DNA of 15,809 nt from Bacteriovoracia bacterium. GTDB taxonomy: Bacteria > Bdellovibrionota > Bacteriovoracia > Bacteriovoracales > Bacteriovoracaceae. Positions 7,029 through 13,804 of the stretch are shown piece by piece. A program made the position numbers and the translations under genes. How positions within the stretch are numbered: position 1 is the stretch's first letter; every line of letters starts with the position of its first letter. Under the pieces are notes generated by a model. That model did not search any database. It was not told the DNA's origin and was given only the letters and a program-made list of their open reading frames with translations. Location: NCBI GenBank assembly GCA_046570105.1, contig JBKHVI010000057.1, positions 1 through 15,809 of the forward strand. Direction: 5' to 3'.

Positions 7029-7580
7029 TTAGAAAACAAACAGGCCAAAATACATAACCAACCAAACGATGCCTAAAAAATGCCAGAACTTCTCTACATT
7101 GAGAGTGGTCTGCAAAATGTGGCGGCGTTCAGGCTTCATCACAATACGTAAAAAAACGAGCGTTCCTAATCCACACAGCACGTGGGCGGCATGGATCCAA
7201 GTAAAGGCATAGAGAATCGAAGCAAAAATTCCCGAGCTGGCAAACAAACCGACATTCTTGAGATAGGCCCACAAGAGTGACTGCACCACCATAAAACCTA
7301 GACCCAATCCCAAAGTGATGTTGAGATTAGTTTTGGCCTCTTTAAAGCTCTGAGCTTTCACATTCAAGCGCACTTGATAGGCAAACCAAGAGCTCACCAA
7401 AATCATCAGTGTGCTGACGGTAGGGAGCACGAGAGAAACTCGTCCCACACCTAATGGCGGCCACTGATCTGCCGACGTGCGGTAGATGGCGTAACCCATA
7501 AATAAAGTCGTGAACAACATCGCCCCTGAAATCAGGGTCACAGTCATAGCGAGGTTGTTCTGCAACTCGTGTCTTTTCAC
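7029..7580 (-). CDS. ctaE: Cytochrome c oxidase subunit III family protein (copy A, short)
   Basis: Five TM helices, FTWIHAAHV and FWHFLGIVWL. Immediately follows subunit I. Confidence 0.88.
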   Translation of the reverse strand: MKRHELQNNLAMTVTLISGAMLFTTLFMGYAIYRTSADQWPPLGVGRVSLVLPTVSTLMILVSSWFAYQVRLNVKAQSFKEAKTNLNITLGLGLGFMVVQSLLWAYLKNVGLFASSGIFASILYAFTWIHAAHVLCGLGTLVFLRIVMKPERRHILQTTLNVEKFWHFLGIVWLVMYFGLFVF

Positions 7581-7582
7581 TC

Positions 7583-9313
7583 TTAGCCTTTCACCAATTC
7601 TTCAGTTTGATATTGGAAGTCGCGGCCATTTTTGAGATTCGGGTTACCGAGCTCATGAGGACCACACTTCACAACCGGAATCTCATCATAGTTGTGGTGA
7701 ACAGGAGGTGACGGAATCGTCCACTCAAGTGTGCCCACGTTCCATGGATTGGCGACCGCTTTCTTACCTTTCAAGAGTGACCAAATAAAGTTGATCACGA
7801 AGATGATTTGGAAAGCGCCCATCAAAATCGCTGACACCGTGATCATTTCGTTGATCGGCATCAAGCGCTTCAATGAATCATAGATGAATGGGTTGTAGAT
7901 ACGACGGTGCATACCACCGAGACCCACCATCAACATGCCCCAGAAAATTCCGTTCAACGGAATCATGGTGCCCCAGAAGTGAATCTTGGCCATCCCTTCA
8001 TGCATCATGCGACCGAACATCTTAGGGAACCAGAAATAAATTCCAGCGTAACCACCCAAGAGAACGGAAGCTGCCATTGTGTAATGGAAGTGACCGACCA
8101 CGAAGTAGGTGTCGTGAAGATAAAGGTCAGTTGTGACAGTTCCTAAATGAAGACCGGTCAAACCACCCAAACCGAAAACGAACACAACGCCCAAAGAGAA
8201 GAGCATCGGTGAATCGAAACGAATCGAGCCTTTCCAGATTGTTCCCAGCCAGTTGGCAAAGAAGATCGCCGAAGGAATCGAGATGGTCATGGTCAGTGTC
8301 ATGAACGACTGCGTGAGCAACGGGCTCATCTGAGTCGTGAACATATGGTGACCGTAAACCAAGGTTGAAAGAACTGTTACGGCCGTCATAGCGAGAGCAG
8401 TCGCCTTGGCACCGAAAGCTGGCTTTCTTGAGAAGAAAGACAAAAGATCAGAGACGATACCCCAAGCAGGAAGAATCAAAATATAAACTTCTGGGTGACC
8501 GAAGATCCAGAAAACGTGTTGGAAGAGCACCGGATCGCCTGAGCCAGAAGTCGCAGAAGCACCGGCCAAGAAGAAAGTGGTGCCCATCACGCGATCAAAT
8601 AACAACAGCATCACACCTGCGCCCAACACTGGAACGAAGATAGCGTTCAAGATCGCTGTGAGCCAGAGACCCCAAACAGTTAAAGGCATATCGAAATAGC
8701 CCATACCAGGAGCGCGCAAGGTAATAACAGTCGTCACGTAGTTAACGGCACCCATGGTAGATGAAACACCCAACACGAAAATCGCTAAACACCATAAGGT
8801 CTGCCCCATACCAGGACTTCCGATCATAGTGGAGAGCGTGGGATAACTGGTCCATCCGCCGGCAGCAGCACCCAGTGGCACGACGAGCGAGATCAAAACG
8901 ATCAAACCTGAAAGTGCGGCAAACCAGAATGAGAGCATATTCAAAAGTGGGAACGCCATATCGCGCGCGCCGATCATGAGCGGAATACAGTAGTTACCAA
9001 AAGCACCAATTAGAATCGGTGTGATGGCGTAGAAAATCATGATGGTCCCATGCATGGTGAACAGCATGGCGTAAGTATCAGGAGGAACAACACCCGCTGA
9101 ATCAGGGAAGAGCATTTGACCCAAAACTGGGAACGGTACGCCTGGATAAGCGAGTGTCCAGCGAATCAAAAGCGCCATGATGCCGCCGATGCCGAGGAAG
9201 AAGATTCCGTACCACAGGAATTGCTTCGCGATCACTTTGTGATCGAAGGAGATAATGTACTTACTCCAAAAGGTGGTAGGTTCCGGGTGAATTTCGTTAA
9301 ATCCGCCGCTCAT
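7583..9313 (-). CDS. ctaD: Heme-copper oxidase subunit I, type A1
   Basis: All six His ligands present (TMHG, GHPEVY, GHHMF, GHFHY), plus DMAFP..N, HDTY and RR. The K-channel Lys position is Phe. Confidence 0.98.
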   Translation of the reverse strand: MSGGFNEIHPEPTTFWSKYIISFDHKVIAKQFLWYGIFFLGIGGIMALLIRWTLAYPGVPFPVLGQMLFPDSAGVVPPDTYAMLFTMHGTIMIFYAITPILIGAFGNYCIPLMIGARDMAFPLLNMLSFWFAALSGLIVLISLVVPLGAAAGGWTSYPTLSTMIGSPGMGQTLWCLAIFVLGVSSTMGAVNYVTTVITLRAPGMGYFDMPLTVWGLWLTAILNAIFVPVLGAGVMLLLFDRVMGTTFFLAGASATSGSGDPVLFQHVFWIFGHPEVYILILPAWGIVSDLLSFFSRKPAFGAKATALAMTAVTVLSTLVYGHHMFTTQMSPLLTQSFMTLTMTISIPSAIFFANWLGTIWKGSIRFDSPMLFSLGVVFVFGLGGLTGLHLGTVTTDLYLHDTYFVVGHFHYTMAASVLLGGYAGIYFWFPKMFGRMMHEGMAKIHFWGTMIPLNGIFWGMLMVGLGGMHRRIYNPFIYDSLKRLMPINEMITVSAILMGAFQIIFVINFIWSLLKGKKAVANPWNVGTLEWTIPSPPVHHNYDEIPVVKCGPHELGNPNLKNGRDFQYQTEELVKG

Positions 9314-9314
9314 A

Positions 9315-10097
9315 TTAGTTCTCCCACTTCCATCCCCACGCCAAGTTCTTGTCGTCAGGATTGTTTGTTGCCAAGGCCATTTCTTCTGAAGACTTCAACC
9401 ATTTCTGGAAGTCCTCTTCGCTATAAACTGTAAGTTGGGCTTTCATCAGGTAGTGATGAGTGCCGCACATTTCCGCACACGCAATATCGTATGTGCCAGG
9501 GATATTAGCATCCCACCATACGCGGGTGATTCGTCCTGGAATGGTATCCACTTTCAAACGCACGTTCGGTACGAAGAAGGAGTGAATCACATCTTTTGAA
9601 GTAAGGTGAAAGAGAATCTTGGTATTGGTAGGAACACGCAAATCGTTATTCGTTACCACGTCATCAGAAGTATTGAATTCACCATCAGGGCCAGCATAAC
9701 GGAATGACCACAACCACTGCTGAGCGAGGACTTGAATTTTGAGTACCTTTTCAGTTTTAGCATCAGGCCACTTCCAGAAAACATTACGAAGATCATCGTT
9801 AGCGATACGAGTGATGTTCAAGTCCACTGCCAAGAAAACCGAAGCACCGATAAATGCGGTCACTAAAAGGTGCTTCTTCTTATTGCCATAGGTGTAATAA
9901 GGCGTCTTGTTCCGCTTTGCCGAGTACAGGAAAGAGAAACCAAAAAGACCGATACACACCAAAAGGAAGAAGAAGACTCCCATCCATGATGTGTAAGCGA
10001 AAAGGCTGTCAATTAAGTGCCCGTTCGTTGAAATATCCATGGGAGGCTTTGAGAGATCCCACCAACTTGTCGATACTGCTACATTCAAAAGACCCAT
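9315..10097 (-). CDS. ctaC: Cytochrome c oxidase subunit II (CuA), no fused cytochrome c
   Basis: Two TM helices, QQWLWSFRY, DVIHSF and CAEMCGTHHYLM. Confidence 0.97.
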   Translation of the reverse strand: MGLLNVAVSTSWWDLSKPPMDISTNGHLIDSLFAYTSWMGVFFFLLVCIGLFGFSFLYSAKRNKTPYYTYGNKKKHLLVTAFIGASVFLAVDLNITRIANDDLRNVFWKWPDAKTEKVLKIQVLAQQWLWSFRYAGPDGEFNTSDDVVTNNDLRVPTNTKILFHLTSKDVIHSFFVPNVRLKVDTIPGRITRVWWDANIPGTYDIACAEMCGTHHYLMKAQLTVYSEEDFQKWLKSSEEMALATNNPDDKNLAWGWKWEN

Positions 10098-10136
10098 TAT
10101 GCATTCCTTGAAGTAAGTTCTATTTGCATCCGTGTA

Positions 10137-11057
10137 TTATTTAAAAATTAAAAGTCCGATAAAAATCACTGGTAGATACATCAAAGAACCGTAGAAATAG
10201 CCGCGTGACCATTTCATCAATTCTGGTGAGTCCACCTGGTAGCGATAGCCTCTTAGTGCAAACACACTGAAAAACGCGCCCACCAAACAACTCAATACGA
10301 GGTAACCCTCATGAGCAAAACCTAACAAATAAGGAGTAAGTGAGACGGCCCACAAAACAAAAGTCCATACGACAATGCGATGAAGAGTGCCACGCATGCC
10401 AATCAAAACTGGGAAAATTTTAATGTCGGCTTTTTTGTAATCTTCCATGTGGTACATGGAAATAGAGAGAAAGTGCGGCAGCTGCCAGACGAACAAAATC
10501 CCAAAAAGGGCCCAGCCCATCGCTGAGACTTCCCCACTCATCGCCGTCCAGCCCATCAAAGGTGGAATAGCACCAGGAATGGCGCCGGCAAACAGCGCCC
10601 AAGAAGTTTTGCGCTTCATGGGAGTGTAGAGAAAAATATAAACCACAGCAGCGGTGAATCCGAGTGCCGCCGTGAGTGTGTTTATCGTGAACCAAAGGGC
10701 CAACAAGCATACAGTGATCAGACCCAATCCAAAGCTTAATGCCAGTTCACTAGAAAGACGTCCTGAAGGAAGAGGACGCGAACTGGTGCGCTCCATTTTG
10801 GCATCGATTTCTTTTTCCATGTAACAGTTAATCACGCAGGCGCCGCCCACGAGACCTGACGTTGCTAGAATAGCGACAAAAATTTGCCAAAAACTCATTG
10901 AACCAGGCGCCAAGAAGAGACCTAGTGCTGAAGTAAAAATAACGAGAGAAGAAAGACGTGGCTTTGTTAATGAAAATAAATCAACGAGCACACTGAGTTT
11001 AGACTCAGGCAAAGCAAGCAACGCGGCAGAACGTGTCGACATCATGAAAAAGCCCAT
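10137..11057 (-). CDS. ctaB: Protoheme IX farnesyltransferase (heme O synthase); start ambiguous (11057/11045/11042)
   Basis: Motifs LTKPR, D.KMERT..RPLPSG, YTPMKR, GAIPPLMGW and WQLPHF. Confidence 0.97.
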   Translation of the reverse strand: MGFFMMSTRSAALLALPESKLSVLVDLFSLTKPRLSSLVIFTSALGLFLAPGSMSFWQIFVAILATSGLVGGACVINCYMEKEIDAKMERTSSRPLPSGRLSSELALSFGLGLITVCLLALWFTINTLTAALGFTAAVVYIFLYTPMKRKTSWALFAGAIPGAIPPLMGWTAMSGEVSAMGWALFGILFVWQLPHFLSISMYHMEDYKKADIKIFPVLIGMRGTLHRIVVWTFVLWAVSLTPYLLGFAHEGYLVLSCLVGAFFSVFALRGYRYQVDSPELMKWSRGYFYGSLMYLPVIFIGLLIFK

Positions 11058-11072
11058 TGATAAGTTTAGTCG

Positions 11073-11100
11073 AGCTTACAACAAAGCGTCAGATTTTCAA
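11073..11100 (-). promoter_or_regulatory. Putative sigma70 promoter of the cox operon
   Basis: Minus strand TTGAAA, 16-nt spacer, TAAGCT upstream of ctaB. Confidence 0.45.
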
Positions 11101-11224
11101 ACTTTAAACGATATATCTCAGCTTCAACCTAAGAAGTTAGCTTGTCTCATTTTTTTCCATGTCACATTGCTTCAAATTTATTTCTTGGTATTTTTTTTGT
11201 CCGCTAATCATTATAGTTTGCAGC

Positions 11225-11656
11225 ATGACCATCAATGATCTGCCGACCCTTAATGCCAGTCTCAATGGAGTTTCGACCCTGCTTTTGACATGGGGCTATA
11301 TCAGCATCCATAGGGGCAACAAAGAGCTGCATAAAAAAATAATGATCAGCGCGTTGGTGGTTTCAGCAGCTTTTTTAGTAAGTTATCTTATCTATCATTA
11401 TCATGCCGGCTCGAAGCCTTTCCCTGATCTTGGCTTTATCAAAACAATTTATTTGCTGATCTTGGTTCCTCACATTATTTTGGCGGCGGTCATGGTGCCG
11501 ATGATACTAAAAACTTTTTGGCACGCTTTTCGTGAGGAGTGGGAGCCGCATAAAAAAATTGCGCGCCTGACTTTCCCGATTTGGATGTATGTGTCGATCA
11601 CCGGAGTCATCATATATATGATGCTCTATCATTGGTTTGCCGCTCCAACAGTTTAA
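11225..11656 (+). CDS. DUF420 (CtaM/YozB-like) oxidase assembly membrane protein
   Basis: LPTLNASLN, HKKIM, FLVSYLIYH, HIILA, HKKIARLTFPIWMYVSITGVIIY. The family-like N-terminus begins at ATG 11225, not 11159. Confidence 0.93.
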   Translation: MTINDLPTLNASLNGVSTLLLTWGYISIHRGNKELHKKIMISALVVSAAFLVSYLIYHYHAGSKPFPDLGFIKTIYLLILVPHIILAAVMVPMILKTFWHAFREEWEPHKKIARLTFPIWMYVSITGVIIYMMLYHWFAAPTV

Positions 11657-11716
11657 TTACCTATTCCATTTATAAAGAATAGGTCTTATCATGGTGAGCA
11701 AAAGGAAGATTAATTT

Positions 11717-12334
11717 ATGGCGCATGCAGCAGCTGATCATCACCACGTAGAACGTAACGACGCTCAATTCGGTAAGGCCTCCATCGGCAAGATTGCCATG
11801 TGGATCTTCCTCGTCACCGATGCGATGTCGTTTTCTGGCTTCTTGATTGCTTATGCCATTCTACGCACAACGACTGATTGGCCACATCCGGCGCAATACC
11901 TCGGTATTAATCTTTCAGGTTTTGCCACTTTTATTCTCGTTTGTAGTTCTGTGTCGATGGTTCTTTCCATCGATGCCTGTAAGCATCGCGACCGCAAAGG
12001 CATGCTCAACTGGCTTCTTGCGACGATTGCCGGTGGTGTGATCTTCTTGGGAATCCAAGTTTACGAATACCAACATTTGATCAACGAAATCGGGATGACC
12101 TTCTCGAATTTCGCTCACGGAAATAATCTCTTCGCTTCAACCTTCTATATCGTAACCGGCTTCCACGGTTTGCACGTATTAACAGGTGTGATTTATTTGA
12201 TCTGCGAATACCGTATGGCGCGCGCTGGCCGCTACGACAACGGCAACTATGATCGCTTGGAAATCCTTGGATTGTTCTGGCACTTTGTTGACCTGGTCTG
12301 GATCTTGGTCTTCACCTTCATTTACTTATTATGA
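11717..12334 (+). CDS. ctaE: Cytochrome c oxidase subunit III family protein (copy B)
   Basis: GKIAMWIFLVTDAMSF, TGFHGLHV and GLFWHFVDLVWI. AAGGA Shine-Dalgarno. Confidence 0.95.
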   Translation: MAHAAADHHHVERNDAQFGKASIGKIAMWIFLVTDAMSFSGFLIAYAILRTTTDWPHPAQYLGINLSGFATFILVCSSVSMVLSIDACKHRDRKGMLNWLLATIAGGVIFLGIQVYEYQHLINEIGMTFSNFAHGNNLFASTFYIVTGFHGLHVLTGVIYLICEYRMARAGRYDNGNYDRLEILGLFWHFVDLVWILVFTFIYLL

Positions 12335-12537
12335 AGTGGTTGTTAGCTCTTCTTTTAAATTTCTTAACATTTGCTGCCTGGGCCTGTCCTAACTGTCACA
12401 ACACAGTGGGACCGGCTCGTCCGCCTTATACTCTTATCATCGTCGGCATCTTCATTTTACTGACCTATGTCCCCTTTTATATTCTGTTTAGGGCCATGAA
12501 GAAGTACGACCCGCATAACGAAATTAAGTTAGACTAA
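12331..12537 (+). CDS. Small exported, membrane-anchored CxxCH protein
   Basis: ATGA overlap with coxIII-B. Signal peptide ending AWA, mature N-terminus CPNCH, one C-terminal TM helix. Confidence 0.8.
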   Translation: MKWLLALLLNFLTFAAWACPNCHNTVGPARPPYTLIIVGIFILLTYVPFYILFRAMKKYDPHNEIKLD

Positions 12538-12605
12538 CTTCAGAATTAAGATTCAAACGGCCATTTTTTCTGGGGTCTAGTAGCTTACAGAGCTATAATC
12601 GCCCT

Positions 12606-13073
12606 ATGAAGTCGTCCTACGGTAAACTCAAAATTCATAAGCAAGAACTCTTCGAGCAGATTCGTGGACAGGCCGAGCTCCATTTACTTCACAATGTTCA
12701 TGACTGCCGCACTCGACGCAATGAGGGCAATCGCTGGCTCTTTAAGCAAGGCATGGATCAAGGAATTAAGAGTGGCATCGAGTATGTACTAGGAAATCTT
12801 CAGCAAATTAACGAAGACAAACGTCCGATGGGACAAATTCTTTTGGCCTATCAATTTGATGTTCTAGAGACATGTCGCTTACTCCCCTTTCAGGCAGTGG
12901 AAAAATGGGGACTCACCGAACTGGAAGATAAATTAGATATTGAACGAGAAGACATTATTTCCGGTGTCCAGCACGGCCTTTACACCACGGCCCACACTCT
13001 TCCTCGCCTGCTCAGAAATACAAAGGGCCCTCATACGAAGGCCCCTTATAATTTTAAATTTTCGAGAGATTAG
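12606..13073 (+). CDS. Hypothetical soluble protein (155 aa)
   Basis: Long ORF filling the gap. TATAAT lies 6 nt before the ATG. No motif recognised. Confidence 0.65.
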   Translation: MKSSYGKLKIHKQELFEQIRGQAELHLLHNVHDCRTRRNEGNRWLFKQGMDQGIKSGIEYVLGNLQQINEDKRPMGQILLAYQFDVLETCRLLPFQAVEKWGLTELEDKLDIEREDIISGVQHGLYTTAHTLPRLLRNTKGPHTKAPYNFKFSRD

Positions 13074-13075
13074 TT

Positions 13076-13471
13076 CTACCAGCGATTGCCGCCGCCGCCG
13101 TAACCACCACGGTCTCCACCGCGATTTCCACCTCGGTCTCCACCGCCGCCGTAACCACCACGGTCTCCGCCGCGATCGCCACCTCGGCCGCCACCAAATC
13201 CACCGCCGCCACGAGGACGATCAGTTTGAGGCTTAGCTTCTGAAACGCGCAAAGCACGCCCGCCCACTTCCTTGCCATCGAGTTCTGAAATAGCTTTTTG
13301 CGCCCCTTCTTCGCTCTCCATTTCGATGAAAGCAAAACCCTTCGAGCGACCAGTTGCCTGATCCATAATGATTTTCGCCGACACCACTCCTCCGCATTGA
13401 GCGAAGGCCGTCTGAAGTTCATCAGAGGTGAGGTTGTAAGAGAGGTTTCCGACATACAATTTTTTGTTCAT
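13076..13471 (-). CDS. RRM (RNP-1) RNA-binding protein with Gly/Arg-rich tail
   Basis: RNP2 KLYVGNL and RNP1 KGFAFIEM. AGGAGG Shine-Dalgarno before ATG 13471. Confidence 0.96.
   Translation of the reverse strand: MNKKLYVGNLSYNLTSDELQTAFAQCGGVVSAKIIMDQATGRSKGFAFIEMESEEGAQKAISELDGKEVGGRALRVSEAKPQTDRPRGGGGFGGGRGGDRGGDRGGYGGGGDRGGNRGGDRGGYGGGGNRW
13089..13190. repeat. Imperfect 51-bp tandem duplication encoding the RGG tail
   Basis: TAACCACCACGGTCTCC starts at 13101 and again at 13152. Encodes RGG(D/N)RGGDRGGYGGGG(D/N) twice. Confidence 0.85.
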
Positions 13472-13514
13472 TTTGCGTGCCCTCCTGGGCCAAATAAAAG
13501 TACCTAAGAGAAAA

Positions 13515-13542
13515 ATCATAGCATTTCCCCTAAACACGTCAT
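13515..13542 (-). promoter_or_regulatory. Putative extended -10 promoter of the RRM gene
   Basis: Minus strand ATGACG, 16-nt spacer, TATGAT, with a TGn extension (TGC-TATGAT). Confidence 0.5.
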
Positions 13543-13570
13543 CTCTAGTTTTCTTTAGATTTTGCGGGGC

Positions 13571-13737
13571 GCCAATGAAATGAGCAGGTCTCATCCTGGC
13601 GCAGAGACTCTTTTATAATTCCTAATTCAAGCCAGGATGAACTCACTCCAAACCTCTAGAAATCACTGGCGTCCTCTAGAGAGAACTGTGTCTCAAAAAC
13701 CAGCTTTGCTTCGGACTTACCTGCTCATTTCATTGGC
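13571..13737. repeat. 167-bp element bounded by perfect 19-bp inverted repeats, with nested inverted repeats (candidate ncRNA, MITE or invertible segment)
   Basis: GCCAATGAAATGAGCAGGT (13571-13589) and ACCTGCTCATTTCATTGGC (13719-13737). Inner TCATCCTGGC/GCCAGGATGA (13591-13600/13631-13640) and CTCTAGA/TCTAGAG (13654-13660/13675-13681). Confidence 0.85.
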
Positions 13738-13804
13738 ATTCCTTGATCTTGCCGCTCTGTGTCCTCTATGGCATAAGCCTCAAAACCACTTTCAGGACAA
13801 GACC

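Noticed and set aside
986..10710. Numerous 60-130 aa antisense or alternate-frame ORFs over ribH, rpsD, the cytochrome c gene, coxI, coxII and ctaB
   Set aside because: They overlap well-supported genes and have no motifs or initiation signals.
11044..11238. 64-aa plus-strand ORF and the 22-aa extension of DUF420
   Set aside because: They lie in an AT-rich divergent promoter region, overlap real genes, and have no Shine-Dalgarno or motif.
13089..13210. Repeats as a possible CRISPR array
   Set aside because: They are in-frame coding RGG repeats with no unique spacers and no cas genes.
12940..13455. Arg/His-rich (12940-13236) and Ala/Val-rich (13054-13455) ORFs
   Set aside because: They are alternate-frame shadows of the Gly-rich RRM tail.
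13472..13594. 41-aa N-terminal extension of the RRM ORF
   Set aside because: The AGGAGG Shine-Dalgarno and the typical MNKKLYVGNL start point to ATG 13471.
13690..13737. Minus-strand GGTAAGTCCGAAGC as an RNase P RNA signature
   Set aside because: It is only a partial match to GAGGAAAGTCC, the element is far too short, and the 3' P4 motif is absent.
13637..13804. 56-aa N-terminal extension of ycaO in the ORF track
   Set aside because: Family similarity and the AGGA Shine-Dalgarno start at ATG 13805. The extension runs through the inverted-repeat element.
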